Made by a program: the position numbers and the translations under genes | Notes under the pieces: generated by a model | Told to the model about the DNA's origin: nothing | Seen by the model: the letters and a program-made list of their open reading frames with translations, nothing else | The model's database searches: none | IMG/VR virus record: IMGVR_UViG_3300011335_000731 | Span: 10,147-74,146 of that record | DNA length: 64,000 bases | Source: a virus | Lineage: Duplodnaviria > Caudoviricetes | Strand: one strand, 5' to 3' | Shown: one piece after another, positions 9,648 through 18,976 of the stretch | Layout: each line of letters opens with the position of its first letter | How positions within the stretch are numbered: the stretch's first letter is position 1

Positions 9648-10382
9648 ATGACCACTACGATTAACGCAGCTAGTACAGGATTAGTTTCATCAGCTGATTC
9701 ATCAACTGCGCTGGCTTTCCAAACAGCTGGAACTACTGCAATGACCATTAACTCAAGTCAACAAGTAGGCATTGGTAATACCTCTCCCACTACTACTTTG
9801 GGAGTAACTGGATCAGCATACATAACTGGTAATATCACTGGTGCTAACTTGATACTCAATGGCACAGCAGCATTGGGCAGCGGTGTGTTGATCGTGTCCG
9901 GCAACATACAGACCAGTACTGCCAATGCCACAGCAAATATCGGCAACTCTTCTAACTATTTTAATAGACTATTTGCCCAGTCGACCACAGCACTTTACGC
10001 TGACTTGGCAGAAATGTATACCACAGACGCAGACTATGCTCCGGGTACTGTGCTGATATTTGGTGGCAATCAAGAAGTCACAACAAGCACAGTTACTCAC
10101 GATACAAGAGTGGCCGGCGTGGTGTCTACCAACCCTGCACACATAATGAATTCTGGATTGCAAGCAGAACGCACAGTGGAAGTAGCATTGGTAGGTCGCG
10201 TACCGGTCAGCGTGATCGGTAACATCTCACCAGGCGATCGAGTGGTCACAAGCAATCGAGCAGGTGTGGCTGAAGCCTTAGACATCACACGCTATCAACC
10301 GGGTGTGATTATTGGCAAAGCCTTGCAAAGCCACTCAGGCGACGAAGTTGGTGTGATCGAAGTTGTTGTGGGTAGACTTTAA
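9648..10382 (+). CDS. Virion/fibre protein with a C-terminal peptidase-G2-like intramolecular chaperone domain
   Basis: DLAEMY..D..YAPGTVLIFGG...VAGVVST.PA...VAL.GRVPV...GD.VVTS...IIGKAL. Confidence 0.6.
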   Translation: MTTTINAASTGLVSSADSSTALAFQTAGTTAMTINSSQQVGIGNTSPTTTLGVTGSAYITGNITGANLILNGTAALGSGVLIVSGNIQTSTANATANIGNSSNYFNRLFAQSTTALYADLAEMYTTDADYAPGTVLIFGGNQEVTTSTVTHDTRVAGVVSTNPAHIMNSGLQAERTVEVALVGRVPVSVIGNISPGDRVVTSNRAGVAEALDITRYQPGVIIGKALQSHSGDEVGVIEVVVGRL

Positions 10383-10426
10383 ACTAGTTATAATACCCAC
10401 CCTGTGTGGTTGGCATAAATGTTAGT

Positions 10427-13045
10427 ATGACATTGAGCCAACAAATCTACCAAAATGGTCTGACCAAACCCGTGATCGCAGCGGGCGGTACCATACATCC
10501 GTTAATAATCCCCGCAGAACTTACCAACGGAACTGGCTTGATGAATCCCAGCATCTTCATAGATGAGGATCGGATCCTAGTAAATCTACGCCATGTGAAC
10601 TACACACTTTGGCATAGCGAAAACAAAAAGTTTGAACACAGATACGGACCATTGCAATATCTGCATCCGGAAAACGATCAACACCTACGCACTTGGAACT
10701 ATCTGTTGACCATGAATCCGGATATGACCATAGCCACCACACAGGCTATAGATACATCTGCCCATGATGTGGAACCAATTTGGACATTCGTGGGACTAGA
10801 AGATGCCAGGATACAACGCTGGGACGATCGACTTTGGATCACCGGTGTGCGTAGAGATACCACCACAAACGGTCAAGGGCGCATGGAACTCAGTGAACTA
10901 GAGGTCACAGATACCGGTGTTCGAGAGATCCTGCGTCGACGCATTCCTGCACCCGGTGCCAATGACACCTACTGCGAAAAGAACTGGATGCCAGTGCTGG
11001 ATCAACCTTACACTTATGTGAAATGGGCTAACCCTACTGAAGTTGTAAAGTACGATCTTGAAACTGGTACCACCGTGACCACACATCTCGACCCGGCACA
11101 ACGCATACCTGGAGTTCCAGACTTCCGTGGCGGCAGCCAAGTGGTACCTTACGGTGACAACTACATAGCACTAATACATGAAGTGAACTTGTTCAAGAGC
11201 GAAGCCGGCGAGAAGGATGCCACATACAAACACAGATTCTTGATGTGGGATCGTGATTGGAACATTCTGGCCTACACAGATGCATTCAGTCTCATGAAAG
11301 CAGACATTGAATTCTGTACCGGCGCTGCCTGGTACAAAAACGAACTGCTACTGACCTTTGGATTCCAAGACAATGCTGCATTCATACTAAAGATGCCACG
11401 AGCATGTGTGGATCAGTTTATGGCTGAAGCAAATCGTATTCCTCGAGTTCCTACTATAACCACTGACGATGGTGTGGAACATGAGTTTGACTGGGGTGTG
11501 GCTGCTAACAACTCTTGGTTCCATGCCACTGTGAAAAAAGAGATCTTTGCCGACAACACATATCAACGGTTTTTTGATATAAAGCCTGGAGATGTAGTGC
11601 TAGATGTAGGCGCCAGTGCTGGACCATTTGTATGGAGCATAGTTCCACAACAACCCGGCCGAGTGATATGCCTTGAACCACACAAAAAACTCTACCCCAC
11701 CTTGGTAAAAAATGTCAGCTACACTGGACTGGATGTCACGACCATAAACCGGGCACTGGGCCATTCAGATGGATTGAATTATCTAGCAGGGCTTTACGAC
11801 GAAACAAAACAAGCACACAGTGACGGCACAGATGGCGTGATACTAGAAACCATAAAGTTCAGCACACTGATCGAACAGCAGAAACTCACTCACATAGACT
11901 TCCTTAAGATGGACTGCGAAGGCGGCGAATACGACTTCTTCACTGATGAAAATCATGATTGGATCATGAACAATGTGCGTAAGATAGCCATGGAGATACA
12001 CCTGGCCACTCCTGCACACAAGGCCAAATTCCGCCGATTCAGAGACACTTACCTGCGTGAATTCACAAACTTCCACATACTCAGCATTGACTATGTGGAC
12101 ATCAAGTGGGCATTGTTTGATGACTGGTTTATTGATCACTATGCCGCATGTATGCTGTACATTGATAACAGCGTGGCACCACGAGACAAGAAAAAATGGC
12201 AGCACTATCCTGCACCTACATTGGAGATAACAACTATCATTCCAGAAAAAGGCTGTGTGGTTGATTGTGTATTCTGCCCACAACGCACACTAGAAGAAGT
12301 ATACAAAGGCAATAGAATCATGAGCCTGGAAGATTACAAGAGCATGATCGACAAAGTACCCACAGATGTGCGTATCACTTTTGCTGGATTCACAGAACCA
12401 TGGATGAACAAATACTGTACAGAAATGGTACTGTATGCACATGATCAAGGTCATCCTGTGAGCGTGTTTACCACAGGGGTGGGCGTGAGTGTAGAGGATA
12501 TGGAAGCCATAGTACACATACCATTTGCTGGTAATCCTAATGGCGGATTTGTGCTGCACTTGCCCGACGCAGAGATGTTGGCACGGCATCCGATCACTCC
12601 TGGCTATATCAAGACTTTGGAATGGTTCCGAGACAACCATCACAGGATCAAGAACTTTTCTAAAATGAGCATGGGTGCTGAACTACATCCTAGCATCCGA
12701 CACATATTTGATAGTGCTCCCAGTTATGCTATGTGGAGCAGAGCCGGCAACTTGTTCCGAGAAGCAGTGGCTAAACCGCAACTGATCACCTTAAGAGACC
12801 GTTGGAATGCTATCACACACGAAGGACCAAAGACCTGCGGATGTGTAGAAGGCTTGTATCACAATGTGCTGCTGCCCAACGGTGATGTAAGCCTGTGCTG
12901 TATGGATTATGGCTTGGATCATATAATCGGCAACTTGCATGAACAGTCATATGAAGATTTGATTCCTGAAGATCAGACCTGCTTCAATCTGTGCAACTAC
13001 TGTGAGAATGCCACAGATCCAAAAGTCATAACCTTTGTGAAATAA
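10427..13045 (+). CDS. Three-domain fusion: glycosidase-like beta-propeller, FkbM-family methyltransferase and radical SAM/SPASM
   Basis: EDARI..WDD, CEKNWMP, RGGSQ (propeller); VLDVGASAGPF...LKMDCEGGEY (FkbM); CVVDCVFC at 12254-12277 plus NGDVSLCCMD...CNYC (radical SAM/SPASM). Start placed at ATG 10427, 5 nt after TAAATG. Confidence 0.7.
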   Translation: MTLSQQIYQNGLTKPVIAAGGTIHPLIIPAELTNGTGLMNPSIFIDEDRILVNLRHVNYTLWHSENKKFEHRYGPLQYLHPENDQHLRTWNYLLTMNPDMTIATTQAIDTSAHDVEPIWTFVGLEDARIQRWDDRLWITGVRRDTTTNGQGRMELSELEVTDTGVREILRRRIPAPGANDTYCEKNWMPVLDQPYTYVKWANPTEVVKYDLETGTTVTTHLDPAQRIPGVPDFRGGSQVVPYGDNYIALIHEVNLFKSEAGEKDATYKHRFLMWDRDWNILAYTDAFSLMKADIEFCTGAAWYKNELLLTFGFQDNAAFILKMPRACVDQFMAEANRIPRVPTITTDDGVEHEFDWGVAANNSWFHATVKKEIFADNTYQRFFDIKPGDVVLDVGASAGPFVWSIVPQQPGRVICLEPHKKLYPTLVKNVSYTGLDVTTINRALGHSDGLNYLAGLYDETKQAHSDGTDGVILETIKFSTLIEQQKLTHIDFLKMDCEGGEYDFFTDENHDWIMNNVRKIAMEIHLATPAHKAKFRRFRDTYLREFTNFHILSIDYVDIKWALFDDWFIDHYAACMLYIDNSVAPRDKKKWQHYPAPTLEITTIIPEKGCVVDCVFCPQRTLEEVYKGNRIMSLEDYKSMIDKVPTDVRITFAGFTEPWMNKYCTEMVLYAHDQGHPVSVFTTGVGVSVEDMEAIVHIPFAGNPNGGFVLHLPDAEMLARHPITPGYIKTLEWFRDNHHRIKNFSKMSMGAELHPSIRHIFDSAPSYAMWSRAGNLFREAVAKPQLITLRDRWNAITHEGPKTCGCVEGLYHNVLLPNGDVSLCCMDYGLDHIIGNLHEQSYEDLIPEDQTCFNLCNYCENATDPKVITFVK

Positions 13046-13046
13046 C

Positions 13047-14231
13047 ATGAAATATCTACATCCGTACATTGAGAACTCCGAAGATCCCACAATCAACTTC
13101 TTGCTAGGGCAAGAATATGAAAACATAGGACAGACCGGTGCAGCAGTGAGTTTCTATCTACGCACAGCAGAGCGTAGCACCACTGACCAACAACAATACG
13201 AAGCACTCATGCGATGCTGTATCTGTTTAGAAAAACAAAAAACTCGCGACGACACTGAAAAAGGTCTATTGCTCAAGTCTATTGCGTTGATTCCTGACCG
13301 TCCTGAAGCATATTTCTTGTTGAGCAGACTGTACGAGAAACGAAGAGAATGGCAGGAAAGTTATACCACAGCAGTGATGGGTTTGACCTATGGTAACTTT
13401 GATCGCACACCCGTGATCACTGATCAGTATCCGGGCTATTGTGGATTGATGTTCCAGAAAGGTGTGGCAAGTTGGCATGTGGGCCTTACTGAACAAAGCC
13501 GCCAGATCATGGTACATCTCAGAGACAACTTTAAGATGCATCAGATTTATATAGATGCTATCAATCATAATTTGAAGATTTGCGGCATGCCCAAGTCTCC
13601 GCTGGTAGAAACCAAGTCAGCACCTGCTGTGCATGTGGCTAGAAAAAAATCAGACATAATCAATCCGCAACCAAGACCGGGTGTGTGGATCGTGGACAAC
13701 TTCTATCAAGATCCTGATGCTATTAGGAAGTTTGCCTTGGAGCAAGAGTACGACCAAGGTGGCATTGGCAAGTATTACATAGGCAACCGCACCCGGCAGC
13801 AGTTCTTGTTTCCAGGATTGAAAGAAGAATTTGAATACATCATGAATCGCCGGATCGAAAAGTGGGAAGAATACGGAATGAATGGCAGATTCCAAGTATG
13901 CAAAGAAGGTGAGCCCTTGGTATATCACTGCGATCCACAAAGGTGGGCTGGCATGCTGTATCTCACACCCAACGCACCTTATCAGTCAGGTACATCAACA
14001 CACGCACTCAAGGGCACAGATGTGCGACATCTCAGTCACCCTGACATAAACAAATGCTTCAGACCGGGCAGTCAGAACCTGGATAGGACTATATTTGAAC
14101 CGGTGGACAACTTTGGCAATGTGTACAATCGCCTAGTGATTTTCAATGCCGGGTACTTACATTCGGCCACGGATTATTTTGGATACAACGACGACAACTG
14201 CCGACTATGGCAGATGTTCTTCTTTGATTAG
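13047..14231 (+). CDS. TPR-like domain fused to a 2OG-Fe(II) oxygenase-like (DUF6445-type) domain
   Basis: Helical N-terminus (PDRPEAYFLLSRLYE); C-terminal IVDNFYQDPDAIR, YHCD (HxD), NRLVIFNAGYLHSA (distal His). Confidence 0.65.
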   Translation: MKYLHPYIENSEDPTINFLLGQEYENIGQTGAAVSFYLRTAERSTTDQQQYEALMRCCICLEKQKTRDDTEKGLLLKSIALIPDRPEAYFLLSRLYEKRREWQESYTTAVMGLTYGNFDRTPVITDQYPGYCGLMFQKGVASWHVGLTEQSRQIMVHLRDNFKMHQIYIDAINHNLKICGMPKSPLVETKSAPAVHVARKKSDIINPQPRPGVWIVDNFYQDPDAIRKFALEQEYDQGGIGKYYIGNRTRQQFLFPGLKEEFEYIMNRRIEKWEEYGMNGRFQVCKEGEPLVYHCDPQRWAGMLYLTPNAPYQSGTSTHALKGTDVRHLSHPDINKCFRPGSQNLDRTIFEPVDNFGNVYNRLVIFNAGYLHSATDYFGYNDDNCRLWQMFFFD

Positions 14232-14659
14232 ACGCAGGTAATTTCTAGACTTGATATCTTTTTCTGGATAGCATCTAGGTTTACTGTGTTCCACAAACCA
14301 GGATGTAGAGGCCTTGGTAGTCTTCCACTGTGTATCCAAGCATAGCCCACATGTTCGTGATTGAGTTCAGGAATGAACTCATGATTGACTCTGCACCAGA
14401 AGGTGTGATATTCAAATCCTCCATCAGGTGATGTGAACTTTTCAATGGGTATCAATTGCTGATATTCGGGCATGCTGCCCAATTCTTCTGTGCATTCGCG
14501 TTCCACAGCAGTGATCAGGGTTTCGTCGGGTTCTACTTTGCCTCCAGCCAGCCCCCAGGTATCCGGGTACTTTGAATCGTTGCGTAGTAGATACAAGTAA
14601 CAGCGGGTTCTAACACAGTAGAACCAAACACCTACTGCTTTTACAATACCAGATTCCAT
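14228..14659 (-). CDS. Nudix hydrolase
   Basis: Nudix box GGKVEPDETLITAVERECTEELG. Confidence 0.9.
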   Translation of the reverse strand: MESGIVKAVGVWFYCVRTRCYLYLLRNDSKYPDTWGLAGGKVEPDETLITAVERECTEELGSMPEYQQLIPIEKFTSPDGGFEYHTFWCRVNHEFIPELNHEHVGYAWIHSGRLPRPLHPGLWNTVNLDAIQKKISSLEITCV

Positions 14660-16047
14660 GAGCCTCCGGTGTACAGGCCGTCAATGCTCTTGACCCATTT
14701 GGTTCCGTTCCAGAAGTATTGTATGCCTGTGGTAAGATTAACCACATATTGTGGGTCTGTGCTGGCGCTGTTAAAAGCAATAACCCAGCGTGTGCCATTG
14801 TATTCAATGATGTCGTTGGCATTGGCAATCAAAGGTTGTCCACCTGTGCCACGCCAGGCAATAGGATTACTCGAGTTGTCAGCATCACCGGTGCCTTCGT
14901 TTAGTAGATATCTTTGTCCTACAGCAGCAGGGTCTAGTCCATCGCCTGGTCCGGCTGTGAGTGGGTTAATAACTGCATCCACTGGACTCAATGTGTTCTG
15001 TGGTGCTGTGTCTGGATCGATGTTGTAGATCAACAATCGATCATCTGCGGGATTTACAGCAATAGTACCCACGATGCTTGAGTCAGGATCCCAAGGATTG
15101 TCAAGAGTGATATAACTGATACCCGGGCGTAACACACCATAGGCATTGATCACAGTGGGCCAAGTGATCTGTGGATTTTCTACGAGAGGAAAGTCAAATG
15201 GTGCTAGGCTAATACGATCTGGATTCACCGGCTGTGGTGGTTGCAATACCTGTAGTTGTCCATCTAACAACAGCACCTGATAACTCCAAGGTGTGACTTT
15301 GACCCGTGTACCCAGCAGCAAGTCATTGTTGCTTATAGCATTCACAGCATCGCCTTGAGCATCAAATATGCTGGCAATAACTCGTTCTACCACACCCAGT
15401 TTCTTGATCTTGGCCGGTGATGATATCCAGATAGGCATGCTGAATGTCATGGTCATGATGTCCAACGGTTCGTTGGTGTTGGTATTAACTGGGATAGTTT
15501 TGCTTGACCATCTCACATTGTCAAGATTACACACAGTGAGACTGGTCCAATCAATGTAGTTGTCTGTGGCCTGTATCTCCAGCGCAGGGTTAAACAGCGT
15601 AGCGATCTGTTCAAACAACTGCATCTTCTGATTGGTATTTGATGTCCAAATATCCAAGTCAATAGTAAGTTTGTATGGCACAGGCATGAGTCGTTCCACT
15701 TGGAAAGCATTGCCCTGTGTGGTTTCGTAACTTTCTGTGCCAGGATCCCAGGTGCGTTGACGCACCATCATCTTGTTCACATGATATGGCTCTTGCATAC
15801 GCTCACGATCATAAGTGAGTCCAGTGATGTGGAAGGTCATCATGGGTGTGGCGTTTAAACTGTTGGCTGAGTTTTGGTTCAGGATAGTCTGTGCTTGTCT
15901 GCTGGCATCGCCATAGCGTATGGGCACACGAACTAGATCGGTGGTGCCCTGTTCGTTGCGTCCGTACTCAACTTCAAACAAGCTGAACATGCGGGTGAAT
16001 TGCAGAAGATAGCGACGGATCTGTTCGTCGTAAAAAAATAATTGCAT
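14641..16047 (-). CDS. gp15: Tail terminator / sheath stabiliser, T4 gp15-like, with C-terminal extension
   Basis: FFYDEQIRRYLLQF..MF...VPIRYG..., PVPYKLTIDLDIWT..Q..EQI...FNP; adjacent to gp14. Confidence 0.8.
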   Translation of the reverse strand: MQLFFYDEQIRRYLLQFTRMFSLFEVEYGRNEQGTTDLVRVPIRYGDASRQAQTILNQNSANSLNATPMMTFHITGLTYDRERMQEPYHVNKMMVRQRTWDPGTESYETTQGNAFQVERLMPVPYKLTIDLDIWTSNTNQKMQLFEQIATLFNPALEIQATDNYIDWTSLTVCNLDNVRWSSKTIPVNTNTNEPLDIMTMTFSMPIWISSPAKIKKLGVVERVIASIFDAQGDAVNAISNNDLLLGTRVKVTPWSYQVLLLDGQLQVLQPPQPVNPDRISLAPFDFPLVENPQITWPTVINAYGVLRPGISYITLDNPWDPDSSIVGTIAVNPADDRLLIYNIDPDTAPQNTLSPVDAVINPLTAGPGDGLDPAAVGQRYLLNEGTGDADNSSNPIAWRGTGGQPLIANANDIIEYNGTRWVIAFNSASTDPQYVVNLTTGIQYFWNGTKWVKSIDGLYTGGSWNLVL

Positions 16048-16049
16048 AG

Positions 16050-17423
16050 TTAGCTGGACTTCTGGAAAGGTTGTGTGGGCGGATATGGATTAGGAGGCAG
16101 ATTGCCGCCCTGATCACCATTGGCATCATTTGGTATCAAGGCCTCACTGAGACTCTGACGACTAGGTATATTGCCAAGATCCGTGGTATTCACTGTGTAT
16201 GTATTGTTAACGAAGCTGCTGCGTAAAGTATCGTTGGTCGACCCAGGTGTGAGATTGGTTCTTACCTTGCTCTCGATCTTGATCCAAGCAGTACCGTTGA
16301 AGCGAAACAAGCGATTAGGAAAATAATCCAGTCGCAATGCAAACTGCCCGGCCACAGGATTGATTGGAAAATTTATTCCGGCTGTGACAGGCAAGCCATT
16401 GGGCGGAACTCCGTCTCCGGTCAAGTAACCTGCTGTGTAGCCATCACCTCGAGGTGTATTGCCGTCATTGGCCACTGTGCGGCTGGCATCAGTAATGGTG
16501 TAGTCTGCGGTATATGTGGCAGATTCAGGATTGGCAGGTGTGCCATCTGGATTGGTAGCAACGATGTAGAACTTCACAACATCAAATCCTGATGTAGGAA
16601 CTTCGGCTTCGGCCTGAGCAAGTATAGCATCGTTGATCTCCAAGTTTCTGGGTCGTGTGCTTTGTTGATCTTCAATGGTGGTAGGATTGGTAACCAAGGT
16701 CCAATATTCCGTGTTGTTGATATCTGTACCCGGTGGCACATTCTTGTTTGATGTATAGTAAGTATCGCCATAAAGCACTGTGACACCGCCTGGATAGAAA
16801 TTGCCCGGATCCCAGATGTTGATAGGTTCAAAGGGCTGTTTGGTGATCTGATTAAATTCTTGACTGTTGACCATGGGTGTGGCCTTCACACGCCACAAGT
16901 GAGGTAACCAGGTCTGGCTGAAACCTTCGGCAGCAAAGGACGCATCCTGGACCACATACCATTTTGGCAACGCTTTGGGTATGGCCGAGTCCAGGGGGTT
17001 ATAGTCTAGGAGATTGGGCAGTTCAAACACATCACCGCTCATGAGTTTGCGCCCTATGGTGTCTATCATGTCATTGTAGTGGAATGTGATAAACAAGGTG
17101 TCGTTGTTTAAGAACAAGCCAAATTGGGTAAGATCAAAGTCAATGTCTTGTTGTTTATAAACACCACGCATCACATACACATCATTGTCATAGGCACGAT
17201 CACGGTTTTCCAACAGCAGCAAATCTTCGATAAACAGCGGGTTTGTTGAGTCGTATTTGGGTAGCGTGGCATCGTTGTTGCCGGTATTGTCGTTTGTAAG
17301 TGGTCCCAAGTATTTGTGCAAATACATGTCCACCCCGCCAACCTGATACATTTCACTTATTGTGCGATCGAAAAAACGGTAATCTGCGGTGCGATTGGGA
17401 CGGTATAGACTGAGTCTTGGCAT
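16050..17423 (-). CDS. gp14: Neck protein, T4 gp14-like
   Basis: FFDRTISEMYQVGGVDMYL..., FGLFLNND..ITFH, GDVFELP; paired with gp15. Confidence 0.75.
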   Translation of the reverse strand: MPRLSLYRPNRTADYRFFDRTISEMYQVGGVDMYLHKYLGPLTNDNTGNNDATLPKYDSTNPLFIEDLLLLENRDRAYDNDVYVMRGVYKQQDIDFDLTQFGLFLNNDTLFITFHYNDMIDTIGRKLMSGDVFELPNLLDYNPLDSAIPKALPKWYVVQDASFAAEGFSQTWLPHLWRVKATPMVNSQEFNQITKQPFEPINIWDPGNFYPGGVTVLYGDTYYTSNKNVPPGTDINNTEYWTLVTNPTTIEDQQSTRPRNLEINDAILAQAEAEVPTSGFDVVKFYIVATNPDGTPANPESATYTADYTITDASRTVANDGNTPRGDGYTAGYLTGDGVPPNGLPVTAGINFPINPVAGQFALRLDYFPNRLFRFNGTAWIKIESKVRTNLTPGSTNDTLRSSFVNNTYTVNTTDLGNIPSRQSLSEALIPNDANGDQGGNLPPNPYPPTQPFQKSS

Positions 17424-17430
17424 AGTGCTG

Positions 17431-17437
17431 TATTTAT
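17431..17437 (-). promoter_or_regulatory. T4-late-like promoter for gp14-gp15-Nudix, leaderless spacing
   Basis: ATAAATA-N7-ATG on the minus strand. Confidence 0.6.
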
Positions 17438-17444
17438 GGGCAGG

Positions 17445-17473
17445 TTGACCAGAAAATCTGCTTCAGTTATAAT
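17445..17473 (+). promoter_or_regulatory. sigma70-type early promoter
   Basis: TTGACC-N17-TATAAT, ATG 6 nt downstream. Confidence 0.85.
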
Positions 17474-17479
17474 ACTCGC

Positions 17480-17764
17480 ATGAAAGTCATAAAGCTAGAT
17501 CGCAGATACAAACCCAACAAAGAAGCCGGGTACGAAGCCGGTCTGCGATTCAACGACTACTGGGATGATCGGGGCCGGCGCCTTGAGATTGAACGGATTT
17601 GCAAAAATCGTTTAAAAGGCGGCTGGTCGGCTCTGTCCTCAGATTGGTTTGCGTACTTCGGAAAACGGAAAACAGGCGAATCCACGCCCTACTACATTGT
17701 GTTCCGTAGAGAATCAGACATGACTTTTGTGCTGATGTGCGCGGACTTGACCAAAAAATCATGA
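17480..17764 (+). CDS. Hypothetical early protein (94 aa)
   Basis: ORF immediately after a consensus promoter. Confidence 0.7.
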   Translation: MKVIKLDRRYKPNKEAGYEAGLRFNDYWDDRGRRLEIERICKNRLKGGWSALSSDWFAYFGKRKTGESTPYYIVFRRESDMTFVLMCADLTKKS

Positions 17765-17775
17765 TGTGCTATAAT
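17747..17775 (+). promoter_or_regulatory. sigma70-type early promoter (extended -10)
   Basis: TTGACC-N17-TATAAT with TG before the -10. Confidence 0.85.
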
Positions 17776-17804
17776 TACATCATAAACACTAGCAAAGGAA
17801 CCCC

Positions 17805-18944
17805 ATGGCAACCCTAGCAGCCAAAGCAAACATCAAAGCACTGAATCCGCGTAGCCCTGACACAAAATATGTTGGGCACGAACCTGAGTGGCGTGTGCAA
17901 CCCACGGAAAATCGTGCCAGCAAGTTCAGCAATGCGTTTGGCTGGTATAACTATTTCTACGGCAAGAAAGATGCCAAGGACTTCATTGGTGCTTACTTGG
18001 ATGCACACAATCGCACCAAAGACGCTCGCCGCATCCGCACTCTGCCAGACAGCCAAGTTCGCCTCACAACAGGCTGGCTGTGCCGTATGGTCACCATGGG
18101 GCTGGAACTCACTGATCAGGAACAGATCAAACTAGACAATCTGATCCTGGAACTGTTGGCAGAAAAGCAAGCAGAACCTACAGAAGCAGTGGAAGCAAAA
18201 CCTGCTGGCCCTACCATCCAGGATCGTCTCAAAGAAAAAGCCACAGAATGCGCCGGTGAGATTGAAGGCCTGTTTGACGACTTCATTGCCGCGGGTGCTA
18301 AAATGTCAGCACAATTCCAGCCCATCACAATCATCCGTGGGCACAATGTAGCACCGCAACTGATTCATCAGATCCAACAAATCTGGAAAAACCACTTGAC
18401 TGAACTGGAAGCAGTGGTGGCAGGCAAGGATGCACAGTTGGTAGAAGGCTACGGCTATCTAACCAAGACTCAACTCAAGCAACTGGTAAAGTTTGCTGAG
18501 CAAGTGATAACTGACTGCAATAACTATGTGCAGATCAAGAAAGTGGAACGCAAACCGCGGGCCAAGAAAGCAGTGAGCCCAGAAAAAGTCACAGCCAAGT
18601 TCAAGTATCTCAAGACATTCCCAGACCTCAAACTGGTAAGTGAGCCTGCTGTGAAACTGGTAGATGCCACAGAAGCCTGGCTGTACGACACTGTGAAACG
18701 CAAACTGATCCATGTGGTGGGTGATGCACATCGTGGCAACTTCACCGTAAAGAGTTCTGCTGTGATTGGCTTCGATACCGGTGCAAGTTCGCAGAAAACT
18801 CTGCGTAAGCCAGCAGAAACCTTGAAAGCATTGTTGGCAGCAGGCAAGCCAGCCACACGCAAGATCTTCAAAGAGTTGAGCACCACAGAAACCCAATGGA
18901 ATGGGCGTGGCAACGAGAATTTGATAATCCTCAAGGTCTGGTGA
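17805..18944 (+). CDS. Hypothetical early protein (379 aa, Lys-rich C-terminal half)
   Basis: Long ORF with SD AAGGA and its own promoter; function not recognised. Confidence 0.75.
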   Translation: MATLAAKANIKALNPRSPDTKYVGHEPEWRVQPTENRASKFSNAFGWYNYFYGKKDAKDFIGAYLDAHNRTKDARRIRTLPDSQVRLTTGWLCRMVTMGLELTDQEQIKLDNLILELLAEKQAEPTEAVEAKPAGPTIQDRLKEKATECAGEIEGLFDDFIAAGAKMSAQFQPITIIRGHNVAPQLIHQIQQIWKNHLTELEAVVAGKDAQLVEGYGYLTKTQLKQLVKFAEQVITDCNNYVQIKKVERKPRAKKAVSPEKVTAKFKYLKTFPDLKLVSEPAVKLVDATEAWLYDTVKRKLIHVVGDAHRGNFTVKSSAVIGFDTGASSQKTLRKPAETLKALLAAGKPATRKIFKELSTTETQWNGRGNENLIILKVW

Positions 18945-18949
18945 TGTGC

Positions 18950-18976
18950 TAAATATTGGGGACGGAGTCCCCAATG
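18950..18976 (+). promoter_or_regulatory. Late promoter plus a hairpin covering the SD and AUG of gp13
   Basis: TAAATA, then ATTGGGGAC-gga-GTCCCCAAT(G). Confidence 0.65.
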
